The notes: generated from the sequence alone by a model not told the origin. A stretch of 51,818 nucleotides of DNA from Chloroflexota bacterium (GCA_003577355.1 QEUZ01000001.1:1-51818); one strand, 5' to 3'. Positions 43,733 through 51,818 are shown, numbered from the stretch's first letter. Made by a program: numbers and translations.

Positions 43733-45297
43733 ATACCACGCTCCAAACCTGCTGCGGCCCGTTCAGCAAGCATGATGCACGTCAGGTTCGTGTTGGCACG
43801 CACAATGCTTGGCATGACCGACGCATCGACGATGTGCAGGTTGTCGATGCCATGCACCCGCAAGTATTGGTCAACGACAGCGCCTTCGTCTCCCACTGGC
43901 CCCATGCGACACGTCGCCACCGGGTGATAAATCGTGTTCACCGTCGCGAGGACATAGTGGTTGAGTGCTGTATCGTCCGCAAGGAGGGCCTCGTTGGGGA
44001 CAATGCCAGCATGGGCGACTGGGCGGCCGGCGAACTGATCGAGTGGCGGGGTGTGGGCGAGGCGCCAGGCAAGGCGCAGGCCATCACGCAGGCGACGGGC
44101 GTCTTCCGGGTGGCCGGCGTAGTTGAGGTCGATTATCGGTGGGGCATGTGGGTCGGCGCTGGCCAGTTTCAGGCTGCCATGTCCGCATGGTCGTTGCACC
44201 CCAGGGGCCATGCTGAGATAGGCTTGGCGGCCGCCTCGCGCCGGTATGGACTCGTTCTCCAGGTAGTCGCGTGGCGTGAAGATGTGGAGCTGCATGTCGT
44301 TGGTTTCCTGAGAACCTTCGGCAGTGTAACGTAGCATCACTTCGTGGGTGTCGCGCTGGGGGTCGTACTCAGCCGGCGTCTCAAAGCTGATCCAGCAGCG
44401 GAAGTGGTCGTAGAGGGTTGCGCCAACTCCGGGGAGGTCCACGACCGGCGCGATGCCCAGCCCGCGCAGGTCATCGGCTGGGCCAATGCCGGAGCGTAAC
44501 AGGATAGCAGGCGAACCAAGTGCACCAGCGGCCAGGGTCACCCGTGCGCCATGGACCTGCTGTACCTGCCCACCCCGCTCGACTTCCACACCGACCACCT
44601 GCGTGCCTTCAAGCAACAGGCGACACACCGTCGTGTGCGGGGCAATCGTCAGGTTCAGACGATGCTGCGCCGGATAGAGGTGACTGATGGCCGTCGAGAT
44701 GCGGCGTCCATCGCGCAGGTTCATCGGCAATGGGCCGACGCCGGTGGCATCCGGGTGGTTGGAATCGCGGGTATAGGGATAGCCAACTGCCTGGCAAGCT
44801 GCGATGAACGCATGCGAAACGGGATGCAGCTGCTCATCACTGTAGCGGGCAATTGGTACTGCCCCACCTCTACCGTGGTTGGTGACATCTTCGGCGAACT
44901 CGGGGTCATCTTCGAGAGAACGGAACCACGGCAGCACGTGTTCCCAAGCCCAGATGGGGTTATCCAACGCAGCCCAGGTATTGAAGTCATCCGGTGACCC
45001 ACGTAGTGCGACGATGCCGTTGACTGCCGAAGAACCACCAGTCACCTTGCCACGTGGATAGGGAATTGTGCGGTTCGGTGTGGCGCTGGCCTGGTAGCCC
45101 CAATCGTGGTCGTGGAGTGGGTTATTCGCGCCGCACCAGACGGTGAGCAGTGACGCGGGTGTCGTCGCGATCGAGGTGTATGCCGGGCCGGCTTCAAGGA
45201 GCAGCACCGAGCGCGACGGGTCCTCGCTCAAGCGTGCCGCAAGCACCGCGCCACTCGAACCGCCGCCGATCACGATATCGTCGTAGAGCGCAGGCAT
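43726..45297 (-). CDS. GMC family (choline-dehydrogenase-like) FAD oxidoreductase
   Basis: YDDIVIGGGSSGAVLAARLSEDPSRSVLLLEAG..., GGSSAVNG, C-terminal ..YHPVATCRMG...VVDASVMP... Confidence 0.93.
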   Translation of the reverse strand: MPALYDDIVIGGGSSGAVLAARLSEDPSRSVLLLEAGPAYTSIATTPASLLTVWCGANNPLHDHDWGYQASATPNRTIPYPRGKVTGGSSAVNGIVALRGSPDDFNTWAALDNPIWAWEHVLPWFRSLEDDPEFAEDVTNHGRGGAVPIARYSDEQLHPVSHAFIAACQAVGYPYTRDSNHPDATGVGPLPMNLRDGRRISTAISHLYPAQHRLNLTIAPHTTVCRLLLEGTQVVGVEVERGGQVQQVHGARVTLAAGALGSPAILLRSGIGPADDLRGLGIAPVVDLPGVGATLYDHFRCWISFETPAEYDPQRDTHEVMLRYTAEGSQETNDMQLHIFTPRDYLENESIPARGGRQAYLSMAPGVQRPCGHGSLKLASADPHAPPIIDLNYAGHPEDARRLRDGLRLAWRLAHTPPLDQFAGRPVAHAGIVPNEALLADDTALNHYVLATVNTIYHPVATCRMGPVGDEGAVVDQYLRVHGIDNLHIVDASVMPSIVRANTNLTCIMLAERAAAGLERGIW

Positions 45298-45392
45298 GCT
45301 CGTCCCCCCGATCCTGCCAACCGGCCCAACGTGTTGCGATAATCATCGCCGATTGGCACGCAGCACGCGAGGATCGTCCGCCGGAACGCCAA

Positions 45393-45422
45393 AACCCTTG
45401 CCCGACCGAGCGGACAAGGGTT
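45393..45422 (-). terminator. Intrinsic terminator after the response-regulator gene
   Basis: The minus strand reads AACCCTTG-14 nt-CAAGGGTTTTGG, preceded by a second stem AAGCGCC...GGCGCTT. Confidence 0.55.
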
Positions 45423-45448
45423 CAAGCGCCGGTCAACAGGTGGGGCGC

Positions 45449-46117
45449 TTAGACCGGTTGGACTGGGGTCGACGCAAGCCCACGCGACATGGCGTAGATC
45501 GCTGCTTGGGTGCGGTCTTTCACTTCCAGCTTTTGGAAGAGTATCGACAGGCGGTTTTTGACGGTGCTTTCGGCCAGGTCGAGGGTTTGAGCGATCTCCT
45601 TGTTGGATTGCCCGCTCGCGACCAGGCGCAGCAGCTCAATTTCTCGCGGCGTGAGGCCGGCGACATTCTGGTGCTCGGTCATCTCCGACATGCGCCGGAA
45701 CTCGTTGAGCAGCTTGGTAACCAGGTACGGCTCGAGGATCGACTCCCCACGCGCGGCGGCACGAATGGCTTCGATGACTTTGCCAGCTTCGCTGTTCTTC
45801 AAGAGGTAGCCGTTGGCGCCGGCGCGAATGGCCCGGATGATGTAGGCATCTTCAGCAAACATAGAGAGAATAATGATGCCCATGGCCGGGTAGCGCCGCC
45901 GCAGGTCTGCGGTGGCTGCAATGCCGTCCATGCCGGGCATCGAGATATCCAGGAGGATGACATCCGGGCGATGCTTTTCAACCGCCTCAATCGCCTTGGC
46001 GCCGTCACCGGCTTCGGCCACGATCGTGAAGTCGCGCTCCATTTCCAGGAGCTGGCGGAGCGCTTGCCGGAAGAGAACGTGATCATCGGCGAGAACGATA
46101 GATACCGCTCGATTCAT
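45449..46117 (-). CDS. NarL/FixJ-family response regulator (receiver + LuxR-type HTH), no adjacent kinase
   Basis: Start at ATG 46117 (MNRAVSIVLADDHVLFRQ...). DVILLDISMPGMDG. C-terminal LTPREIELLRLVASGQSNKEIAQTLDLAESTVKNRLSILFQKL. Confidence 0.92.
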   Translation of the reverse strand: MNRAVSIVLADDHVLFRQALRQLLEMERDFTIVAEAGDGAKAIEAVEKHRPDVILLDISMPGMDGIAATADLRRRYPAMGIIILSMFAEDAYIIRAIRAGANGYLLKNSEAGKVIEAIRAAARGESILEPYLVTKLLNEFRRMSEMTEHQNVAGLTPREIELLRLVASGQSNKEIAQTLDLAESTVKNRLSILFQKLEVKDRTQAAIYAMSRGLASTPVQPV

Positions 46118-46545
46118 ATGTGGACCGCCTTCTGTTCCAGTCCCAGCCACCAGCGTAGCGAACGAATCACCCCGTACCCGTCGCGCCTGTACCGACGCGA
46201 AACCATTCTACGGAGTTGAATGCGGTAGGTTGATCAACCATTGGTCACGACCGCGCTAGTACAGCGGTGCCAGAGATCTTCCTGTACGTACAGTAATGCA
46301 CGCCTGTGTCGCGTGCCCGGCGACGCCTGAGCGGCGCGCAGCCGGGGTGCCATGCTTTCCTTGTCTCTTGCGTGCGTGCTGGTGCGTCACACTGTGGCCC
46401 TGGCCGGTCAGGTTGCGCCGCATCGTATCGGCGGCCGGGGCGCTCATGGGTCCGTGCCGATCGAGCACTGCTGTGGTTTCTATAATTGGGCACGGCGGGA
46501 GCGCGTCCCGGCGACTGCGTAATGGGGTTGGGGAGGAACGCGGGC

Positions 46546-47238
46546 GTGCTCTTTGGGTTGCGCCGGCAGCAACGGCCAGCCGTGCCAGCGGTTGCATCCG
46601 AGGTCAGCGCTGCTGCCGATGATGACGCCGCTCTTATCGCGCGAGCGCGGGCAGGCGATCTGGACGCGTTCAACGGGCTTGTCGCGCGGCACGAGCGCGC
46701 CGTCTACGGCGTTTGCCTGCGTTACCTGCGCTCCCCTGAAGCCGCTGAAGACGCTGCACAGGACACCTTCATCCGCGCCTGGCGGGCGCTCGACACGTTT
46801 CGCAACGACAACGGCGATGGCTTCCGCTCATGGCTGCTGACTATCGCCGCCAACCGCGCGCGTGACATGTTACGTTCGAACGTGCGCCGGCCGGCTGACT
46901 CACTCGATGCGCGCCTCGACGACGAAGAGCAGACCTGGGAGCCGGAAGCGCCGGACGAAGCCCCGTTGGACTTTGCCGCGCGCGACGAGCTCGGGGCGCA
47001 CCTGGAGCGGGCACTTGGACAGATCAGTCCAGACCAACGCCTGGCGATCATCCTGGGCGACATCCACGGCCATTCATACGACGAGATCGCGGCCATCACT
47101 GGCGTAGCGATCGGCACCGTGAAATCTCGGATCAATCGAGGGCGCGCGCGCCTGCGGGAACTCTTGCTGGCAGACTCAACAGCGCGGGAACTTTTCAACC
47201 GCTCCGGTCGTCAGGAGAGTGACGAAGGACGTGGCTGA
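46546..47238 (+). CDS. ECF-type RNA polymerase sigma-70 family factor
   Basis: Region 2 (..VYGVCLRYLRSPEAAEDAAQDTFIRAW..) and region 4 (..SYDEIAAITGVAIGTVKSRINRGRARL..). GTG 46546 has GGGGAGGAA 7 nt upstream. The track ORF starts earlier, at 46486. Confidence 0.88.
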   Translation: MLFGLRRQQRPAVPAVASEVSAAADDDAALIARARAGDLDAFNGLVARHERAVYGVCLRYLRSPEAAEDAAQDTFIRAWRALDTFRNDNGDGFRSWLLTIAANRARDMLRSNVRRPADSLDARLDDEEQTWEPEAPDEAPLDFAARDELGAHLERALGQISPDQRLAIILGDIHGHSYDEIAAITGVAIGTVKSRINRGRARLRELLLADSTARELFNRSGRQESDEGRG

Positions 47239-47288
47239 ATGAGCCGCCGCGCCGCACGCGCCCGCAGCCGATAGAAAGGAGGGCCGAG

Positions 47289-48176
47289 TTGGACGACGCA
47301 GACAACGACATCCAGCGGCGCTCCAATGGCGCGCCGGACGGCGGCGACCGGGCAACCCTGTGGCAGGGCGAGCATCTGCACCCGGAGGGCCTCTCGGAGT
47401 ACCTCGATGGCGCGGGGCTGTTGCGAGCGTCCGAGCGTGATGCAGTCAGGGCACACCTTGCTGATTGCGCTGAGTGCCGGGCAGTGCTGAGTGACCTGCA
47501 GGCGGTGGTGGCAAGTCTGGCTGCGCTACCGCTGCCCGCGCTGCCGCGCTCCTTCGCACTGACCCCGGACATGCTGGAGGCACGCGACCTGCCGCAGCAA
47601 CTTGAGGTCGGGCAGAAGCCGATCGACATGCTCGCGACTGCCGCCTGGCGCAGACGCCAAATTGCGCTGACGCGCTACGCCAGCGTCGTCGCGGCCGTTC
47701 TCCTGGTGCTGGTGTTCGGCATTGACCTGCTGACGGGTGGGTCTGAAAACGCGGACCAGGCGGCGTTCAATGTACCGGAGGCGTTCCAGCAGACATCGTC
47801 GAGCGCGCCTGCCCCGCCGCAGGAACCGGGCGAGCGGAATGCCGCTCCTGCGGAGGGCGATGCCACACCACCGGCGACTGAGGATGCGCCCGCGGCATCC
47901 GCCGAACCAACTCCGGCAGCCGCAGCTGGCGCCGCTGAGGATGCCGCCGCGACGGAAGCGACTGACGACGTTGCATTGTCCACCGCGCCAGATGAGGACA
48001 AGGATGGCAAAGAGCCCAGCACAACGCCTGCTGACGAGGTGACTGTCGCACCCAGCACAGATGCTCAGCGCAGCGAGCCAGACATGCTGCGTCTGCTGCA
48101 GTTCGGGTTGGCCTTGGGGTTAGCCTGGTTATTGGCGGCACTCGTTCTGCTCCCGCGCATATCGCCGAGGCGCTAA
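47289..48176 (+). CDS. Anti-sigma factor (zf-HC2 type) with two TM segments flanking an acidic Ala/Pro-rich region
   Basis: H-x3-C-x2-C motif HLADCAEC. AAGGAGGG 5 nt upstream of the TTG start. Immediately downstream of the ECF sigma gene. Confidence 0.8.
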   Translation: MDDADNDIQRRSNGAPDGGDRATLWQGEHLHPEGLSEYLDGAGLLRASERDAVRAHLADCAECRAVLSDLQAVVASLAALPLPALPRSFALTPDMLEARDLPQQLEVGQKPIDMLATAAWRRRQIALTRYASVVAAVLLVLVFGIDLLTGGSENADQAAFNVPEAFQQTSSSAPAPPQEPGERNAAPAEGDATPPATEDAPAASAEPTPAAAAGAAEDAAATEATDDVALSTAPDEDKDGKEPSTTPADEVTVAPSTDAQRSEPDMLRLLQFGLALGLAWLLAALVLLPRISPRR

Positions 48177-48224
48177 GCCGGAACGCATGCCAGTCCGTAC
48201 AGGATGGATTGGAAGGAACCGGAC

Positions 48225-48968
48225 ATGCATTTACGAACACGGGCACTGCCTATCGCCGCAGCGATCGTCGTGATGGCGTTGGGGGCGGCGATCGTGACCA
48301 GCGCGTTGCGCGAATCGCCGAGCTCGGGCCTGCGGGCGGCTGAGATCGATACCACCCGCACGGTCAGCGTTTCCGGCATTGGCCGGGTGACGCTGACGCC
48401 GGATACCGTCTACATGACCCTCGGCGTCGATGTGATCGACCCCGATCTGGGTGTGGCGCAATCGCAGGCGGCCACCCGCATGGATGACGTGATCGCGGCC
48501 GTGCTGGACCGCGGCGTAGCGCAGGCGGATATCCAGACAGCGACCTACGCGATCAACGTCAACCGCGACTACAACCAGCCGGGTCAGCCGGTCATCGGCT
48601 ACATCGTCACCCACACCGTCACCGTCAAGGTGCGCGATGTCGACAACGCAGGCAACGTGATCGCCGGGGCGGTCGATGCGGGTGCGAACAATGTCAGCGG
48701 AGTCTGGTTCGGGGTTGAGGACCAGGCTGGCGCGCTGGCGCAGGCGCGCGAGCTGGCAGTGGCCGATGCGCGAGCCAAGGCCGAAGACCTGGCGCGTCTG
48801 GTCGGGTCATCCCTCGGGCCGGTGCTCTCGATCAGTGAAAGCTCCAGTGGTGGCGCGCCGGTGCCATACGACGGCGTCGCCGGAGCAGACAAGGCGACAG
48901 CGGTGACGATCAACCCGGGTCAGACCGAAGTTACGCTCAGCGTTTCCGTCGTCTACGCGCTCAACTAA
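48225..48968 (+). CDS. SIMPL (DUF541) domain periplasmic/secreted protein
   Basis: ..VSVSGIGRVTLTPDTVYMTLGV...IGYIVTHTVTVKVRDVDNAGNVI...ARAKAEDLARL... Start at ATG 48225 after GGAAGGAA. Confidence 0.88.
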   Translation: MHLRTRALPIAAAIVVMALGAAIVTSALRESPSSGLRAAEIDTTRTVSVSGIGRVTLTPDTVYMTLGVDVIDPDLGVAQSQAATRMDDVIAAVLDRGVAQADIQTATYAINVNRDYNQPGQPVIGYIVTHTVTVKVRDVDNAGNVIAGAVDAGANNVSGVWFGVEDQAGALAQARELAVADARAKAEDLARLVGSSLGPVLSISESSSGGAPVPYDGVAGADKATAVTINPGQTEVTLSVSVVYALN

Positions 48969-48987
48969 CCCCGCCCGCTCATCAGGA

Positions 48988-49030
48988 CGCACAGCGCCCC
49001 GCCGCGACGCCGGTGGGGCGCTGTGCGTTG
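48988..49030 (+). terminator. Intrinsic terminator of the sigma/anti-sigma/SIMPL operon
   Basis: CGCACAGCGCCCC-14 nt-GGGGCGCTGTGCG (13-bp perfect stem) followed by TTG. Confidence 0.7.
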
Positions 49031-49155
49031 GCATGCGTGCCTACACCATCAGTCCACGGCTGCTGAACTGCAGGACAGCTGGCGCGCTGTCCGCTGGAGC
49101 GGCGCGCTGGCGTTGTACCCGCGCTGTAATGGTGGGCGGTCCCGGGGCCGCTGTG

Positions 49156-49181
49156 GGAACCGGGAGCGCGGTCGTGGCGTC
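49156..49181 (+). promoter_or_regulatory. ECF-like promoter motif GGAAC-N17-CGTC upstream of the lipoprotein gene
   Basis: Lies about 90 nt upstream of ATG 49272 and directly downstream of the ECF sigma operon terminator. The motif is short, so a chance match is possible. Confidence 0.3.
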
Positions 49182-49271
49182 AACGTTGCAGACGCCAGGA
49201 CCAGTTGGCGGAGCGGCCGGCCGTCGACGCAGATGTCGACGCCAGGAAAGTTGGACAGAGGAGTACCACCG

Positions 49272-50273
49272 ATGCAGGGACGTAGAGGAGCGCGAACAGC
49301 AGAGCGGCCAGGCCGTGCGCTGCGGGTCTTTTCGCTCATCGCGCTTGCCGCGATGTTCGCGATGTTGCTGGCGGCGTGCGGTGAGGAGGACAACGGCGGC
49401 AACCCCCCGACGCCGACAACCCCACCGACCGCGACCCCAACCGTGGCGCCGCCAAGCCCGACGATCACGCCGGACGCGATCGTGCACCCGATGGGCCGTG
49501 ACGACATCGTGCTGATCGTGGAAGTCAGTGGCGGGTTCGTGCCGCCGTTCGTGCTGGCAACTGAGCTGCCGACCTTTGTGTTGACCGGCGATGGCCGCGT
49601 GATCGTGCAAGGCCCGATGATCGAGATCTACCCACAGCCAGCGTTGCCGAACCTGCGAGTGACCCAGCTGACCGAGGAGGGGGTCCAGGCGATCCTGCGG
49701 GCCGCCAAGGAGGCCGGGCTGCTGGATGGTGACCTGAACCTGCCGTACGACGGCATCGCCGATGCACCGACGACCTTCGTGACGACCAACGCTGGCGGTC
49801 AGGTCTCGGTGGTCAGCGCCTACGCGCTGGGCATGGAGATCGACGACTCGCTGGCAACCCCGGAGGTGGCTGCGGCGCGCGAAAAGGTCGCGGCGTTCAT
49901 CGCCAAGCTGAGCGACCTGTCCTCGTGGCTCGCGCCGAACGACATCATCTCGCAGGACGAGGAGTACGCGATCACCCGTATGCAGATCGTGACCCAGCCC
50001 GCTGACCTGTCCTTCGGCAGCGGCGACGACAGCATCACACCGCAGGTGAAGCCGTGGCCACTGGCAATTGCGCCGGATGCGATCGGTGAGCCGTTCTTCA
50101 TGGAGCAGTCGCGCTGCGTCGTCCTCGAAGGGGCCGACCTGGAGACAATGTTGACTGCGCTGGCCGACGCCAACCAGCTCACCCGCTGGACGAGCGGCGA
50201 TGCGGAATACGTCGTTTACATCCGCCCGCTGATCGCCTCACAGGCAGGTTGTGTCGCGCCGGGGAACCGCTAG
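49272..50273 (+). CDS. Lipoprotein of unknown function with Pro/Thr-rich linker
   Basis: Start at ATG 49272 (AGAGGAG upstream). ..LIALAAMFAMLLAAC lipobox, PTPTTPPTATPTVAPPSPT linker, then a globular domain of about 270 aa with no family recognised. Confidence 0.7.
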   Translation: MQGRRGARTAERPGRALRVFSLIALAAMFAMLLAACGEEDNGGNPPTPTTPPTATPTVAPPSPTITPDAIVHPMGRDDIVLIVEVSGGFVPPFVLATELPTFVLTGDGRVIVQGPMIEIYPQPALPNLRVTQLTEEGVQAILRAAKEAGLLDGDLNLPYDGIADAPTTFVTTNAGGQVSVVSAYALGMEIDDSLATPEVAAAREKVAAFIAKLSDLSSWLAPNDIISQDEEYAITRMQIVTQPADLSFGSGDDSITPQVKPWPLAIAPDAIGEPFFMEQSRCVVLEGADLETMLTALADANQLTRWTSGDAEYVVYIRPLIASQAGCVAPGNR

Positions 50274-50301
50274 CCGCTCTTCTCGAAAACTATGGACGAC
50301 G

Positions 50302-50333
50302 ACGGGAGCCGGGACGTTACGCCCGGCTCCCGT
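50302..50333. terminator. Hairpin between convergent genes (bidirectional terminator candidate)
   Basis: ACGGGAGCCGGG-8 nt-CCCGGCTCCCGT, perfect 12-bp stem between stops at 50273 and 50354. Confidence 0.6.
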
Positions 50334-50353
50334 TCATTGCTTCCAACGCTGAG

Positions 50354-51818
50354 CTAGAACATCGGTTCGCAATTGCCGCCGTTACAGACTTCGTTCGAGC
50401 CGCACAGGTTGTCGTCATCGACACAGGCGCCGCTATCGCAGACGCTGCATGGGCCGAACAGGGACTGACAGAACAGGTCGTCATCGACACACACGCCGCC
50501 GTCGCAGCCGCTGCATGCGCCGTACTGGCTCTCGCAGTAGTTGTTGTCATCTTTACACTCACCGCCGTCGCAGACGCTGCACTCGCCTGTGCAGAGCGAC
50601 GAATCGTCAGTGCATGTACCGCCGTCGCAGACGCTGCATGAGCCGTACGCGATCCAGCAATACGTGTCGTTATCAACGCAGCTGCCCCCAGTGCAGACCG
50701 CGCACTCACCGTTGCAGCGAGAATCGTCGTCGGTGCAAATGCCGGCGACACACGTTTCGCAGAAGCCGAGGCATTCGTCCTGTGAATCCTCGCACACGCC
50801 ACCGTTGCAAACGCTGCACGGGCCGTTCAGCGTCTGGCAGTACTCGTCGCTATTGACACACTGGCCAGCCTCGCAGACCGAACACTCTCCGATAACGATG
50901 CTACAGTAGTAGTCATCGTCGACGCAGGCGCCGGTGTATTCATCGCAATAGGAGCAGCCGGTGCAGCCTTCGACGCACGTATTCGTGTATTCATCGCATT
51001 GCTGGCAACCCGAGCACGTCGGTATGCAGAAACCCGTGTCTAGGTCGCAGTCGTGACAGGGCGGGCAGGCGGGTTCACAGGTTTCGGTAAGCGCGTCGCA
51101 GTAGGTGCAGACGGGGCAGTCGCTCAGGCACTCGTCGCTGTACTCGTCGCAATGTTCGCATTCCAGGCACCTCGACACGCATTGATTGCTGTACTCGTCA
51201 CAGTCCTCGCACGGGCCGCACAGCGAGGTGCAGACCCCAGCGTCGCATGCTTCACACGGGCCGCATTCGATTGGGACGCAGGAATCGAGGTCGACGTCGC
51301 ATGTTTCGCAGTCGGAGCAGCGCGGCACGCAGACCCCAGCGTCGCAATCTTCACAGGGGCCGCACTCAACCGGCACGCACTGCCCGAGGTACGGGTCGAA
51401 GGGAGTACAGGGATCCGGGCAACTCGGTACGCACTGCCCGCCTTCGCAGATCTCGTCCGCGTCGCAGGTGTTGACGCACGTCCCGCCGTGACACTCGTGG
51501 CATGGCTCGCAGACCAGCGGCTGGCATGTGCCGGTCTGCGGGTCGCACGGCGTGCAGGGGTCGGTGCACTTGGCCACGCAGGTGTTGTTGCTGCAGCGCT
51601 GGCAGTTGGTGCAGGTCGTCTCACACACCCCCGTGTCCGGGTTGCAGCGCTGGCACGGCCCACACACCTTCGCCTTGCACTGCCCCGTCGCCGGGTCGCA
51701 CTCCTGGCAGGTCGGGCATGGCTTGGCCGAGCACACCCCCGTGGCCGGGTCGCACGTCTGGCACTTGGTGCACTTCGGCACACACACCCCGTTGCTGCAC
51801 TTCTGGCACCGGTCGCAG
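50354..51818 (-). CDS. Cysteine-rich acidic tandem-module protein (C-terminal part; gene continues beyond the right edge)
   Basis: Track ORF 50354..51787. The same frame stays open to 51818 and keeps the motif (..CDRCQKCSNGVCVPKCTKCQTCDPATGVC..). About 100 Cys in 477 residues by hand count, organised as repeated four-Cys modules. Confidence 0.8.
   Translation of the reverse strand, partial: CDRCQKCSNGVCVPKCTKCQTCDPATGVCSAKPCPTCQECDPATGQCKAKVCGPCQRCNPDTGVCETTCTNCQRCSNNTCVAKCTDPCTPCDPQTGTCQPLVCEPCHECHGGTCVNTCDADEICEGGQCVPSCPDPCTPFDPYLGQCVPVECGPCEDCDAGVCVPRCSDCETCDVDLDSCVPIECGPCEACDAGVCTSLCGPCEDCDEYSNQCVSRCLECEHCDEYSDECLSDCPVCTYCDALTETCEPACPPCHDCDLDTGFCIPTCSGCQQCDEYTNTCVEGCTGCSYCDEYTGACVDDDYYCSIVIGECSVCEAGQCVNSDEYCQTLNGPCSVCNGGVCEDSQDECLGFCETCVAGICTDDDSRCNGECAVCTGGSCVDNDTYCWIAYGSCSVCDGGTCTDDSSLCTGECSVCDGGECKDDNNYCESQYGACSGCDGGVCVDDDLFCQSLFGPCSVCDSGACVDDDNLCGSNEVCNGGNCEPMF

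Noticed and set aside
46296-46622. 108-aa plus-strand ORF with a Cys-rich N-terminus (MHACVACPATPE..CFPCLLRACWC..)
   Set aside because: It has no Shine-Dalgarno, overlaps the TATAAT element and the ECF sigma start, and its C-terminal half is Arg/Ala/Gly-rich shadow sequence.
50317-51783. Alternative-frame ORFs inside the Cys-rich gene (50317..50802, 50449..50856, 50541..50909, 51124..51783, 51186..51491)
   Set aside because: They are artefacts of the repeat composition. The products are Arg/Ser/Ala/Thr runs, and only the Cys-module frame shows a regular motif structure.

Overview
This is a GC-rich bacterial chromosomal segment. The protein repertoire and the Pro/Thr-rich linkers in secreted proteins suggest a Chloroflexota/Thermomicrobia-like organism, but that is only an impression. 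I support about 45 protein genes. I saw no rRNA, tRNA, CRISPR array, transposase or integrase.

Gene content:
- Cell envelope: an LCP ligase and two paralogous secreted proteins, one carrying a degenerate SLT-like module plus a DPBB module.
- General metabolism: D-aminoacylase, aldo/keto reductase, thiolase-like enzyme, amidase, IlvD, M28 peptidase, aminotransferase, Zn-ADH, VOC protein, 2-hydroxyacid dehydrogenase, GMC oxidoreductase.
- Transport: two divergent MFS genes (one frameshifted), a BenE-like carrier, and a peptide/nickel-type ABC importer with no ATPase genes.
- Signalling: a LuxR regulator with a P-loop/TPR body, an orphan NarL-type regulator, and an ECF sigma/anti-sigma pair.

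Most notable observations:
1. A tightly packed three-gene cassette. It encodes a receiver-fused TrxR-like flavoprotein that lacks the redox CxxC, a cNMP-binding histidine kinase, and a class III cyclase/P-loop/TPR protein.
2. A window-truncated acidic protein built from about 26 tandem four-Cys modules. I cannot assign it to a named family. It lies next to the ECF sigma cluster.
3. An AT-richer PIN/HTH toxin-antitoxin islet.
4. A dispersed intergenic repeat of about 130 nt that carries a variable AGTGACS heptad array.
5. A 45-codon ORF absent from the track, with a strong SD and a perfect 14-bp hairpin after it.

Many long ORFs in the supplied track are GC-driven shadow ORFs or N-terminal over-extensions and were rejected.
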